Shown piece by piece: positions 39,746 to 53,556 of a DNA stretch of 64,000 nt (position 1 is its first letter; the number at the start of each line of letters is the position of its first letter). A model generated the notes under the pieces. It did not search any database, was not told where the DNA came from, and saw nothing but the letters and a program-made list of their open reading frames with translations. Source of the stretch: Octopus vulgaris. Taxonomy: Eukaryota. The stretch covers positions 33,914,001 through 33,978,000 of the forward strand of contig OX597819.1 in NCBI GenBank assembly GCA_951406725.2. Reading direction: 5' to 3'. The translations under genes were made by a program, and so were the position numbers.

Positions 39746-39910
39746 GGGGAAAGCTTGGTCTGCAATGTTTGCAGTTCTGTATGCTTGTCAAGAGCAGGGC
39801 TCATTAGCCACCAACGGAGCCGCAAATGCAAAATATAAGTTAGTCCTAGAGTGCACAATGTTCCTGAAGGTCGGCAATGGTCTTCCTCGGTCACGAGTGG
39901 ACGGCCATCA
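39746..39910 (+). mobile_element. LINE (RTE-like) extreme 3' end encoding a C2H2-type finger
   Basis: Frame ESLVCNVCSSVCLSRAGLISHQRSRKCKI*, followed by tail gcaatggtcttcctcggtcacgagtggacggccatca. Flanked by (TGTA)n. Confidence 0.65.
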
Positions 39911-40924
39911 TGTATGTATGTATGTATGTGCGTACGTACAGGGAGAGAAAAAGATAGATAGACAGACAGAAGCATGAAGAAGAAAATTTTTTTATAACTC
40001 CTAGAGTATGACTGCCACTTATATTACTGATGTTGGAAGCATAAAAAATGAATCAAATTCTATTAAGATTTGAATTTAGGACATAGAGGGGATAAATAAG
40101 TATACTGAAATATTTTAGCACTTTCCCATTTGTGCCACCTGACCATATTTCAATGAAAACAATTCATAAACACTGAATATTTGTGAGAGAACATAATTAA
40201 AGAAAATTGTGGAAATGAAGTAGAGTAAAATTACTGTTCAGCTCTCCTTGATCTAATCTTATTCCACCTGTCTTCCTACCATATCAATAAAAACCCGACT
40301 ATAATTTTACCAATATTCACTCCAAGAACACTTCTGTGAAGTAGCACACAGTTTTCACTAACATAAGATGATGGCATTTCAACATTAATTAAACACAAAG
40401 AAATCAAAATTGATTCCAAATCCTTCAGGCTAAAAGTTCTCCTGCTCATATTCATAAAATGGAGAAAGGAAAGCTATAATTGGAGGAGGAGATAGAAGGA
40501 AGAGAAAAGGGGAGGAGGTAGCAATTGAACTGACATAATTAACTAGATTCTAATTTAATATCTCAAGACTCCCCGTTGTGGTTCAAGAGGGGCAAGGGAG
40601 GAAGTGGATGCTGTGGGGGTATTGATAATGGATTGACTTATTGAGATGTATATTGGCATCATTGTATATACCAACAGTTTCTGATAAATATCAATTGAGA
40701 ATAATACACTGATAGGGTGAAATAATTTGCACCTCTTAATCTATTTCTATTACATTATATCGGTTTGTCTATCTTTTCGATCCACACACACAAACACACA
40801 CACGCACACACACACAAATACATATATTTATATGTTGCAAAACATCATCTGATCACATACCTTCATAGAAAAATGAATGTGTGTATACATACACACAGAC
40901 AGACAGGCATATAAAGAGAGGGAA

Positions 40925-40957
<33 letters not shown>

Positions 40958-41909
40958 TAGACAAACATGTTATCATAATCATTTAACATCTGCTTTTCAT
41001 GAGTTAGGTAACTCATCACAGTCCATATCATTTCTTATTAGAATCTACTGATCCTAAAGACTGGTGCTTAAATGAGTTATTTGGTTTGGTTTCTACTGCC
41101 AGATGCTTTCACTATCACCAATCGCTTTGCAGAGTGTACAGGATGTATCAATACTAGAGAAATTGAATAGATGGGATTAAAAAGAACCTCACAATCTTAC
41201 ACTTTATCCACTCACTTGCCAATTACACCACACTGTATATTGACTGCATTTTTGTGGCACCAGCCTCAGGGGGGTGGCCTTGTACATCATTCACTGTACA
41301 TCATGCAGCTGGTTTCATTGTAGCACTAGCACAGGAGGTGGATGCCTTGTACACAGTAAACACATTCATTAGTTCCATCTGGTGTCAACTGCAAAAGATA
41401 GCCAGAGCTGTTGATATGCTTTAACACACTGAGTGATCTTTGTAAACAAAAGGTTTATTAAATGACATTGCTTGTTTCTAGGTCTCTGCAGAAAACATGT
41501 CCAGGTTGTTTGTTGTTTGAGAAATTTGGAGAATATTAGCTCATGTAAAAACAAGCTGGGGTTGGCAGCAGGATGAGCATCTGGATACAGAAAATCTCGG
41601 CCTCAACACGTTCTTGTCTGACTCATGCAAGCATGGAATAATAGACATCAAAACGATGATGACATAGATGTGTTTGTGTGTGTGTGTGCGTATTCGTTAA
41701 CATTTGCACTCTACAAAAGGTGTGAGCTAGAAGCAGCATTTGTTGTCAAGAAATCTGCTCATTTTGAAAAATAAAGGGTAGCAACAGGAAAGACATCTGT
41801 CTGTAAAATACTGCTTCAATGATATATTCAACTAACCCATGTTACCATAGAAAAATAGATGTAAAGTAATTGAACGAATACATAATATATACATATACAT
41901 ATAATATAT

Positions 41910-42042
<133 letters not shown>

Positions 42043-42134
42043 TATATGTGTATATATGTATATGCATATATATATAATACATATATGTACATGTATGTGT
42101 ATATGTAATATATATGTGGATATATATACATGTA

Positions 42135-42316
42135 TACATCATCATCATCATCCGCTTTCCATGCTAGCATGGGTTGGACAGTTCAACTGGGGTCTGGGAA
42201 GCCAGAAGGCTGAACCAGGCCCAGTCTGATCTGGCAATCTTTCTATGGCTGGATGTCCTTCCTAACGCCAACCACTCCGTGAGTGTAGTGGGTGCTTTTT
42301 ACGTGCCACCGGCACA
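42135..42316 (-). mobile_element. RTE 3'-UTR fragment
   Basis: Closely similar to 60193-60385, with one pseudoknot unit at 42291-42316. Confidence 0.88.
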
Positions 42317-42994
42317 GTGTGCCACCAGATTTGGTATACATATATATATAATACACACACACATACACATATATATACTGTTGTTATTATGAAAAAGTGC
42401 TTTAAGTCCAAAACGTTGCTTTTTCAGAAAATGTAAAAAATAGTTTCACCATTCCATAGCAAAACCACTCTACTACAGATTATTTTTTGATAATTTTTGA
42501 TAACTTTTTGATAACTTGACATCTGAAGCAGCTGGAGATATAATAGCCTGACCAAGAGAACCAGCTATTGCAAGCAAAAATGAATACTGAAATAAACGCA
42601 CTGGGCCAAATGATATATGACAGTTTAACATAATAGCAATGACATACATATGTATGTATGTACACATAAACACAAATACATGTATGTATATATATTCGTG
42701 TAACATCGTCTATTTTTCTGTCCTTGTTTCGTATACATTCGATCCTTTTTCCAAGAAATCTAATGCTCGTAGCTAGGTTTTTCCTTGGGGCTGGCCAGAT
42801 CGGAGCAATCTCAAGATTAATCAGCCAAAATTGTGAGGATGATCCAGTTCTTGACTGAAGATTAGAGGCTTCAAATGACCTGTCCGTTTTTTGTATCGTC
42901 TATTTGAATGTTTTGCGTTCTTGTCCCATTTTGTATTTTTATATATATTTTTTATACATATATATATATATAATAATAATAAAAAAAATAACTG

Positions 42995-43238
42995 CACTCT
43001 TTTAAAGCCTAGCCAGGACCATGGGCCCGGTTTCCTTGCTTCTATGGCATATGTGTTCCCCAGCTGGACGGGATGCCAGTCCATCACAGCGTTACTCATT
43101 TTTGCCAGCTGAGTGGACTGGATCAAAGTGAAATGAAGTGTTTTGCTCAAGAACACAATGTGTCACCAACGTCCAGGAATCAAAATGACAATATTACGAT
43201 CATGATGCTGACACCCTAACCACTAAGCCACACACCTC

Positions 43239-43240
<2 letters not shown>
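42995..43240 (-). mobile_element. SINE family B variant
   Basis: Head gtggaggtgtgtggcttagtggttagggtgtcagc and tail ggctaggctttaaaagagtgc. Related copies at 44305-44545 (+) and 57585-57833 (-). Confidence 0.8.
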
Positions 43241-43292
<52 letters not shown>

Positions 43293-43294
43293 TT

Positions 43295-43364
<70 letters not shown>

Positions 43365-43772
43365 TATACATATATATATATATATACACACACACATATA
43401 TATATATGTATATATACATATGCACAGGTATGCCTGTATGGTTAAGAAGTTTACTTTCCAGGCATATTGCTCCCCGGTTCAGTTCCAATGCATGATACAC
43501 TTGACATGTCATTTCCTATAGTTCCAAAGCCTAATGAGTGGATTTGGTAGACAGAAACTGTAAATCAAGCTCATCATGTGTGTGTGTGAGCACCCCCAGC
43601 ATCACGGAAATTCCTGGATTCTGTAAAGTGAACCTTATTTCTGATTGGACTCCCACGTTGCTAGAAGTCAATACAGATATTAACACACGCATACACATGG
43701 TTTGTAAAAACTTTGATATGACATAATGAATCTAATATATATACACACACACATATATATATATATGTATAC

Positions 43773-43825
<53 letters not shown>

Positions 43826-45289
43826 TTCAGAGAGATTAATATACTTACTTCTATCAAAATTATAAGTTCTTTTTCTGCTGCACTAATTAGTTAAAGTCTC
43901 ATTAAGAAATCATTAAAGAACTTAATTAGAATGATAATGATCAACTTTGGTTTATTTCCCCCCTCTCACATTTGAACATTAGGATTTCTGTATTTATGAT
44001 TTATGTGTCGTAGTTATGGTGCCGGTGGTAGTGGTGTTGTTGTTGGTGGGGGTGGCAAGTGTAATACGATGGTGGTAGTATTGGTGGTAATAGTGCTGCT
44101 AATAGTGGTATTGTGGTGGTGGTGGTGGTGATGATGAATATGATGTATTACATGTATGTTGTGAAATGCAGAAGTGGCAATTTTCATATCGTCATCAAAT
44201 GAAATTTAACACTTACTCCTAAAGAATGTCACCGAACATTATGTAGCTTATGTCAAACATTATAAACAGCTAACCCCTTCTTCTCTAAATTTCTCTTGTG
44301 AAAGTGTGGGGCCTAGTGGCTAGAATGTTGCACCCTTAGTCCCAAGATCATCACTTCAATTCCCAAACTGGGCAGTGTATTGTGTTCTTGAGCAAAACAC
44401 TTCATTTTGCATTTCTCCAGTTCACTCAGCTGTTTATCGGTAATCCTGTGATGGACTATTATCTTATTCAAGGGCAATGTTGTGATCTTGGTTACTTATA
44501 TGCCATGGAAACTGATTAACTGGCACTATGAGTCTTCAGATACAAGACAGTAATGTCTCAGTAATCCCCTTATCTAGTTGTCTTTTGTCTGAATCTTGCA
44601 GAATTACATTCATTATATTTTTAGAAATTCTTTAATTGTTAGCCAACACGACATGACCATAGATCTACTTATAAATCTATATTTTCCAATAATTTGGTGA
44701 ATAGCTTCACTGAAAACATGGTTTATTTCTCTTCAAATAATCTGTAACCTTTAATTATTTCTGAATTCTATTTTCAATTAAATATACTACCTGTGTATTT
44801 CATTACATTTCAGAATAATCAAGAATTTGGGGAGATTAAGCAAAATCATCATCCATCATTCATCATCATCATCATTTAATGTCTGTTTTCGATGCTGGCC
44901 TGAATTGAATGGTTTGACATGAACCAACAAGCCACAGGACTGCACCATGCTTTAATATCTGTTTTTGCATGGTTTCTATAGTTTAATGCCCTTCTTTATA
45001 GAAACCAGTTTACAGAGTGTACAGGGTGCTGTTTAGGTGTCTCCAACACTAGTGACATCACCAGGTAACTTGCAAGGTAAGACCCCTTTACTTAGATAGG
45101 AGTAATGTTGATGGAAGTGGCTTTATGCCAGGTGATGAGAGAGGTTAAAGTATGATAGCGGAACAGGAACAGGTATCTTGCTGATGGTGTTTAGAACAAG
45201 CCATAAACACTTACATAAAATTATCTTAGAAAGAATATGGTTATTTTGGCTTTGCTTGAGAAAACACATCAAGCTTTGTGAAATTGTAG

Positions 45290-45820
45290 CTGTGGCCAGG
45301 ACCAGTGACACATATGAGGCACTCATGCCAGTGATACAGGTACCTATGCTGGTGACATGAGTGAGGCACCTTTGCCAGTGACATGTATGAAATACCTGTG
45401 CTGGTGACACGGGTGAGGCACCCATGCTAGTGACACAGGTGAGGCACCCATGCTGGTGACACATATGAGGTACCTGTGCTGGTGACACAAGTGAAGGACT
45501 CATGATGGTGTCACAGGTGAGGTACCTGCACTGGCAACACATGTGAGGTCTCACATGTGAAGCACCTGTGCCAGTGACATGTGTGAGGCACCAGTGCTGG
45601 TGATATGTGTGATGCAGTTATGCTAGTGACACATGTGAGGCACTCATGCTGGTGACATGTAAAAGGCACCTGTGCTGGTAACATATAAAAGGCTCCCACA
45701 ACATTCTGTGGAGTGGTTGGCATTAGGAAGAGCAAAAACAGACTGAAGCTTGGTACAGCTCTCTGGTTTACCAGTTCCAGTCAAGCCATCTAAACCATAT
45801 CAGAATGGAAAAAGGAATGC
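45290..45820 (+). mobile_element. RTE 3'-UTR fragment expanded into a ~25-bp minisatellite
   Basis: About 16 units of gaggcacc(t/c)(g/a)tgctggtgacacatgt, running into ggagtggttggcattaggaagagc. Confidence 0.8.
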
Positions 45821-45831
45821 TAAATCATACT

Positions 45832-46069
45832 TTTATACTTTTATTTGTTACAGTCACTTGACTGCGGCCATACTGGAGCACCACCTTTAGTCGAGCAAAT
45901 CAACCCAGGACTTATTCTTTGTAAGCCTAGTACTTATTCTATTGTTCTCTCTTGCCGAACCGCTAAGTGACGGAGTCGTAAACACACCAGCATCGGTTGT
46001 CAAGTGATGTTGGGGGGACAAACACAGACACACAAACATACACAAACATATACACACACACACACACAC

Positions 46070-46117
<48 letters not shown>

Positions 46118-46279
46118 CGGGCTTCTTTCAGTTTCTGTCTACCAAATCCACTCACAAGGCTTTGGTTGGCCCGAGGCTATAGTAGAAGACACTTACCCAA
46201 GGTGTCACGCAGTGGGACTGAACCCGGAACCATGTGATTGGTATGCAAGCTACTTACCACACAGCCACTACTGCGCCTA
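45832..46279 (-). mobile_element. SINE family A, full length
   Basis: Reverse complement of 35634-36030. Confidence 0.92.
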
Positions 46280-47039
46280 TATGATGATGATAATGATATC
46301 TGAAGGGATATTATCAAAAAGGGTTAAATTTCATTTATAAAATTATTTGAAGGAAATTTAACTAACTCAATGGATAAAATTTAATTACCAACAAACTAAA
46401 CAAAGACAAAAATAATGCAAATTTAATTATGTTGTAATACAAGAACTATATGTAAATATTTGCTTGATAAATCTATTTCAACAATCCATAAAATTGCAAA
46501 TTAAAGTGTGATAATCAAAAAAACCTGTTAGCCTTGTACGTAGAATTCTAACATACAACCAACATACTACGTGGCTATGCAGCCACAATTTTACACATGT
46601 AATAGTCAAATAGTAATAAAGCAGCTGATTTGGAGACATGAAATGTTCTAGTGATATAAAATTCTGTGAAGTGGTAGTAATTGTTATTGAGGCTTTGTTT
46701 TTCTTTACTTTGCTGAATCTAGAGAAAGGGTCAGACCCATGATCTCTAAAAGCCTTCTGAGACCAATGAGGTTAATATCATTAATGTTTCATTTAAATTG
46801 TTTCCCTATGCAACCATGTGGTTTTGGGGTTTAGACCCATTATGCAATACCTTGGACAAAATTGTCTTCTATTTTAGCTCCAAGCCAACCTATACTTTGT
46901 GAGTGAATTTGGTAGATGGAAACTGTGTCGTAGCCTGTCATATACACACACATGCACACACAGACACACACACATATGTATGTATACATATGTATGTATG
47001 TATGTATGTATGAATGTATGTATGTATACATATGTATAG

Positions 47040-47450
47040 AGGCAGAGTGTAGTTGTGTGGTAAGAGGCTTGCTTCCCAACCTCTTGGTTCCAGGTTCAGT
47101 CCCTCTTCATGGCACCTTGGGCAAGTGTCTTCTACTATAGCCTCAGGCCAATCAAAGCCTTGTGAGTGGATTTGGTAGATGGAAACTGAAAGAAGTCTGC
47201 GGCACATATATATGTATATATTTTCATATGTGTGTGTATTTGTGTTTGTCCTTCACCCCATTGCTTGACAACTGATGATGGTGTGTAAATGTACCTGTAA
47301 CTTAGCAGTTTGGCAAAAGAGACTAATAAAATAAGTACCAGGCTTACAAAGAATAAGTTCTGGGGTCGATTTCTTTGATTGAAATTCTTTAAGGCAGTGC
47401 TCCAGCATGGCCGCAGTCAAACGACTGAAACAAGTAAAATAATAAAAGAA
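47040..47450 (+). mobile_element. SINE family A, full length
   Basis: Colinear with the family A copies. Another head fragment lies at 46810-46940. Confidence 0.88.
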
Positions 47451-47504
47451 TGTATATGTATGTATACACACATGTATACACCCACACACACACATGTATG
47501 TACA

Positions 47505-48075
47505 TATTCTGTTGTCAAAAGCAGGATATGTGAATCATATGAAGTCACATGAAAATCGTAATGCCCAGGTAGGTAATGATCTCGGACACCAACCGCCTCT
47601 TACAACTTGTGTCATATTTCAAAAAACTCGTAAGACAATATCTGGACTTATGCTACTTCACAAAAACATTAATTCAGAATCAGATTCCAAAAAGCAAAGA
47701 TATAGAAGAAACTTAACTAATAACTGTCATTTGTGCTTTAACCCTTTCATTACTGTATTTATTTTGAGGTGTTCTGTATTTCTTTCAATTACTTTAAATA
47801 TAACAAAGAATTTAGTAAAATAACTTAGTTATCATTCAGCTAGTATTAAGAACATAAATTGTGACTAAGGTTTGATGGAAGATTTTAATTCAAAATTTAT
47901 GAAAACAAGACATTTGTACTCAGAGCCAGAGCCGGTTTCAGCCGGGTTGGTAACGAAAGGGTTAAACCCTGTCTATCAGTAACTGGTCTTAAAAGTCATC
48001 TAAGGGTTCATTAGTGGAGCAATTGTGCTGTGTGATGGAGTGTGGTGTGTGTGTTGATGGGATGGCTATCATCTG
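47505..48075 (+). mobile_element. LINE 3' end with tandem C2H2 finger remnants, split by a piggyBac MITE
   Basis: LSKAGYVNHMKSH...TCVIFQKTRKTISGL...CHLCF|KPCLSVTGLKSHLRVH*. The reading frame is restored when the MITE is excised. Confidence 0.7.
47742..47961. mobile_element. piggyBac-type MITE
   Basis: TTAA|CCCTTTCATTAC...GTAACGAAAGGG|TTAA, TSDs at 47738-47741 and 47962-47965. Confidence 0.9.
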
Positions 48076-48102
48076 TTGAAATAAAGCAATTATCAGGTAT
48101 GT

Positions 48103-48131
<29 letters not shown>

Positions 48132-48133
<2 letters not shown>

Positions 48134-48392
48134 TATTATGGCTGCCCCCTCGTTATCGAGTATGGCCATTGCACAAACCTTAACTGTTACTGGTGCTGTG
48201 ATCGAATGTGACTTTTTAGCCCAGCCAAAGATCTACAATGTCTTGTACAGAATTGGCAACTAAAACCTTTACCGGTAATAGCCGGCTGTAGTTGTAACTG
48301 GGTTTCATGTACCTTTGCATGTCGTTTAAGTCCTCCTGCTGAATTACACTCTCTTCCACATGACTGACAGATATGATTAGTATGGTGTGTAA
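48132..48392 (-). mobile_element. LINE 3' end with two intact C2H2 fingers
   Basis: CQSCGRECNSAGGLKRHAKVH...CQFCTRHCRSLAGLKSHIRSQH*, then tail gcaatggccatactcgataacgagggggcagcc(ATA)n, similar to the 39746 tail. Confidence 0.72.
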
Positions 48393-48436
48393 CACATGTA
48401 TGTATATATGCATACATACATACATACATACATTTT

Positions 48437-48524
<88 letters not shown>

Positions 48525-48559
48525 ATATATATATATATATCAAATAATAATATATGTTT

Positions 48560-48992
48560 GCTTCTTGACCACATAGTTTCAGCATGGCACCTTGGACAAG
48601 TATCTTCTATTGTAGCCCAGAGTTGACTAATGCCTCGTGAGCTGATTTTGGAGACAAAAACTGAATGAAGCTTGTGTGTGTGTGTGTGTGTGCACGTGTG
48701 TGTATGTGCACATGCACGTGAATGTGTGTGTGTATGCATGCGCATGTATATTGCCTTGTCTAGACGTTGCATGACAGTTATAAATGAGTGTCACTGTCAT
48801 ACAAGCAATGTCATTAATTTCCAATATTCTGTAGAAACATGTCTGGCAATGAGGAAATATTACTTTGCATGGAAACAGATAAGGGCTGGTAAGAGGAAGG
48901 GCATTTGGCTGTAGAAAATCTGCCACAGTAAACTCCATCCAGTCCATACAAGCATTGATGAGAGGACATTAAAATGATGAGTAAGATGATGA
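48560..48992 (+). mobile_element. RTE-tailed SINE
   Basis: SINE A head plus a body ending ggaagggcatttggctgtagaaaatctgcc...(GAT)n. Confidence 0.78.
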
Positions 48993-49154
48993 TTGCTAAT
49001 ATTCTAGACATAGGTGCAGGAGTCCAGATTCAGTCCCACTGCATGGCACTTTGGGCAAGTGTCTTCTACTATAGCCTCAGCCCAACCAAAGCTTTGTAAG
49101 TGTATTTTGTAGATGGAAACTGGAAGAAGGCTATCATATAAATACACATATATT

Positions 49155-49383
49155 TCTTTACTACCCACAAGGGGCTAAACACAGAGGGGACAAACAAGGA
49201 CAGACAAACGGATGAAGTCGATTATATCGACCCCAGTGTGTAACTGGTACTTAATTTATCGACCCCGAAAGGGTGAAAGGCAAAGTCGACCTCGGCGTAA
49301 TTTGAACTCAGAACGTAATGGCAGACGAAATACGGTTACGCATTTCGCCCGGCATGCTAACGTTTCTGCCAGCTCGCCACCTT
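49155..49383 (-). mobile_element. SINE family C, full length, nested in SINE A (49010-49625)
   Basis: Minus strand ggtggcgagctggcagaaacgttagc...gagttcaaatt...gcctttcaccctttcggggtcgataaattaagtaccag...gtgggtagtaaagaaata. Confidence 0.88.
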
Positions 49384-49625
49384 ATATAAAAACACATATA
49401 TAAATACACATATGTGTGTGTCTGTCTTTGTGCTTGTATTTGTCCCACACCAGTGCTGGTGTGTTTACAGTTCTGTAACTTAGCAGTTTGGCAAAAGAGA
49501 TCAATAGACTAAGTACCAGATCAATGGAGTAAGAAAATAAATACTGGGGTCAATTCATTCAACTAAAACAGATCTTTCAAGGTGGTGACCTAGCATGGCT
49601 GCAGTCTAATGAGTAAAAGAGTAAA

Positions 49626-50016
49626 GGAAGGAAGGAAGCACTCTGTCGGTTACGACGACGAGGGTTCCGGTTGATCCGATCAACGGAACAGCCTGCTCGT
49701 GAAATTAATGTGTAAGTGGCTGAGCACTCCACAGACACGTGTACCCTTAACGTAGTTCTCGGGGATATTCAGCGTGACACAGAGAGTGACAAGGCCGGCC
49801 CTTTGAAATACAGGTACAACAGAAACAGGAAGTAAGAGTGAGAGAAAGTTGTGGTAAAAGAGTACAGCAGGGATCACCAACATCCCTGCCGGAGCCTCGT
49901 GGAGCTTTTAGGTGTTTTCGCTCAATAAACACTCACAACGCCCGGTCTGGGAATCGAAACCGCGATCCTACGACCGCGAATCCGCTGCCCTAACCACTGG
50001 GCCATTGCGCCTCCAC
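49626..50016 (-). mobile_element. SINE family B with an alternative 3' half, 11-bp TSD
   Basis: Head near-identical to the 23167-23488 copy. TSD aaaagagtaaa at 49615-49625 and 50017-50027. Confidence 0.9.
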
Positions 50017-50799
50017 AAAAGAGTAAAAACATTATATTAAAGTCAGAAAGCTTCCTGAAACTGTGTTAGCTAAACGATTGATTATATTTAAAGAAGAGAG
50101 ATAAATTTTGTCATGTGAATACCTTTCTACAATTAAGCTGACTGTCATGCGATGGTGTGTGATACCATTTCTCTCCTCATAAAATATTTCTAGCTTTGTT
50201 CTTTGCTGTCGTAGACTTACTTACCAACCGACCAAAGGTCAGGTCTGAGATAATGGGAGATACCCTTCCTTCCTACCCCTAACCCATACATGACTTATCT
50301 TTGAGAATACTACTTCAAGTCTTAAGGCAGCAAGCTGAATGATCACCATGCTAGAACAATTGCTTAGTGGCATTTCTTCCGACTTGACATTCTGAGTGCC
50401 TTTTGTCCCTTTCAGGGGTTGATATAACAAGTACCAGTTGCACACTGAGGACAATATAACTAATGTAATTCCTCCTTCGAAATTCTTGGCCTTGTGCCAA
50501 CATTTGAAATCAATATTACTTCAAGTTTTGATATCCTGTTATTTTCTCTCAAAGAATGTCTTGAATCTACAGAAAGTGATACAGAGATGGGGTTCCAATA
50601 TAACATCATTCTTGATGTGAAACCATATCCCATAAGGGAGGAGGGAATCTTTCTACAAGACATGTTCACCATCTTCAGGATTATGTTCTCACCACAAGTT
50701 TCACGTCTCATTTTAATTCCAGCTGAGGTTATTCTCCAATTCACACCAAATTGCAACACAAAATTTCAAAAGAGACAACCACAACAACACTCACACACA

Positions 50800-50851
<52 letters not shown>

Positions 50852-51182
50852 TAGGACCCTCAGACACATTTGCTTACACATACATACAAACACTTAGATA
50901 CAGACTAACAATACAAACTGTTCAGTAAGAACTGTTGATATTTTACATTCGTTTTAGTTTAAAATATCAGTACTTGCAATAATACCAATGGCTAATTAGT
51001 ACATTTGTGTATATGCATGCATGCATACATACACATACACCAACAAATGCACCCCCACTCACTTCACATGCATACACACAAACACATATGCAATGCTAGC
51101 ATCAGCATACTTTTGGTTGTGCTGTAAAAGAAAAATCCTTCAATTTATACGTTCTATGTTGTTTCGTGTTTGAGAGAGAGAA

Positions 51183-51226
<44 letters not shown>

Positions 51227-51980
51227 TGTGTGTGAGAGAGAGAGAGAAAGAGAGAGTGAGAGAGGCAGACAGACAGACAAACAGACAGGCAGACAGACAG
51301 GTGAAAAACACAAGAAAGTGAGCAAAGAAATGTGTTTTTGAACATTGGTGCTGCCAATACCAAAAATGCTAAGAATCAAAATTTAGTGACAGAACAAAAT
51401 CAGAAGAAAAGAAAATTGAAAACTCAGCAGACATCATGAAATAAACCTAAATTCACTTAAAACAGCTTGTGATCAAAATTTGTGATGTTTCTTACATTTA
51501 TGTGTATGCGTGGGTGTATACACATTGTCCTGTATCTGTTTACATATGTGCTTTCACATGTATATGTATTCATATATGAGTATGAATGTATGTATGTATG
51601 TATGTATGTATGTACAAAGTGTGTATGTTCTTATATAAAAATATATATATATCTGTATATATGTGTATATATGTTTACGTATGTACATATAGACTTAAGT
51701 GTGTATGTGTATTTGTATATCTGTATGTGTAAGTGTATGTTTACTCATATCAATACGTCTGTTAGCCATCCATCATCTCTATATATATATAGTGAATCAC
51801 ACAATATGAGTGTTTGACATAGAATATCTGTCATTACAGAAAAATAAGAGATGAAAAAAATATAACTTAAAACAACTTTGAACTACTCTAAGTTTGAAAT
51901 TCAGATGAACAAACACAAATATGTTTATATTGTAAAATGTAGAAATGTTGTAGTTGTGCTTATTATATAAACATTTCTAT

Positions 51981-52640
51981 GTAGATATTGTCTGAAGAAT
52001 ATAGTAAGTGTAGTTTCTACTCTCTAAAGAATTCTTCTTAAATTTGTAGATATATGTATGGTAGAGCAAATATAGGATATCATAGCATTTATTGGGAATC
52101 ACAACATTGAACATGCTTGTCCTAACTCTTATCAGACAAATTCTCTGTGACTTGTACTAAAAATATTTGACAGCCTTTCAAATATTTTTTTTTCTGATTT
52201 CATAAAGAACTTTGCCAAATGCCCAAACTTGTTGTTTGGATAAAATAAGAAAATAATGGAAAGATTTGATACAGACAAAAATAGTAATAAGTAATAACAG
52301 CCACAGTTAGGTAGATATTGTCTGAAGAATATAGTAAGTGTAGTTTCTACTCTCTAAAGAATTCTTCTTAAATTTGTAGATATATGTATGGTAGAGCAAA
52401 TATAGGATATCATAGCATTTATTGGGAATCATAACATTGAACATGCTTGTCCTAACTCTTATCAGACAAATTCTCTGTGACTTGTACTAAAAATATTTGA
52501 CAGCCTTTCAAATATTTTTTTTTCTGATTTCATAAAGAACTTTGCCAAATGCCCAAACCTCTTGTTGTTTGGATAAAATAAGAAAATAATGGAAAGATTT
52601 GATACAGACAAAAATAGTAATAAGTAATAACAGCCACAGT
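51981..52640. repeat. Tandem duplication of about 330 bp
   Basis: 51981-52307 and 52311-52640 differ by one substitution and a 3-bp indel. Confidence 0.95.
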
Positions 52641-53556
52641 ATTTAAGTGAAATGGCATTTATAAATGAAATGACAATGCAACACAAACCAAGAACACAAG
52701 TGTAGTTTTTGGCCTGAGACCCATAATTCTGAAAATAATTGCTCATTTCATAAAAGCCTTCAAAATTAATACTGAATACTGTTTGATGTTGATGAGCAAC
52801 AATATAATTAGCAAAATACAAAGGAGGTTTTAAAAAAAGATGATATTTTATCAACACTTTATAGTTAATAGTTTGAAGTTTACACAAAAACAAAAATTAC
52901 AACAGAAGCCAATTATTACAAATATGAGAGAACCTTTTACATTTTAATCAGCCACATAAGATCTATTTATTCCTTGCAAATATTCAACTTTTCTCTTCTT
53001 TTTTTTTTGTAGTTTATTTTTAAGGTTATATTTGTTTTTGATGTTGCTCCACTTAATTTTAATTCACAACAGTTAATTAGCCAACAATATTGATTTACAA
53101 TAGATAAATCATACTTGAGATTTTAATTCAGCAATATGAATTAGTGAACAAATGCATCACCAGAGATCAAGTTCTTTGGATGTCTTCTACTAATTTCAAT
53201 GTATTTGATGATATTTGATTCAGATTATCTCAGTCTCCAAGAGTTGTTGTAAGCTGGTCAATAAAACACTGGAGTTTTGCTGAAAAAGTATCCCATATTT
53301 TGATACTACTCTATGTACATGGCAAAGACATTTGATTTTTAGTGATATAACATATGTTACTGTATGTAAATAGGGAGCATGAGGAATAGGTATAACCAAT
53401 AATTGTTTTGGTGTCTTGTAGTGCTGGAATCCACATATCACCAACCAATCTCAATAAAGTCACTTACTGTGACTATTCAAACTGGTAAATTTACCCATTT
53501 ACGAAAATTGTATTTGATCAGCTAGCTGACCAATCAAAACAAGTTGTTTGCCTTAC

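Noticed and set aside
40311-40455. Possible first coding exon on the minus strand (MNMSRRTFSLKDLES...)
   Set aside because: Weak donor (gtaaaa) and no recognisable homology.
42385-42420. Hammerhead-like atgaaaaagtgctttaagtccaaaacgtt
   Set aside because: Too many core and stem mismatches to support.
50460-50928. Overlapping ORFs of 99-144 aa in non-repeat sequence
   Set aside because: No recognisable domain or convincing splice sites, and the + ORF is extended by (CA)n.
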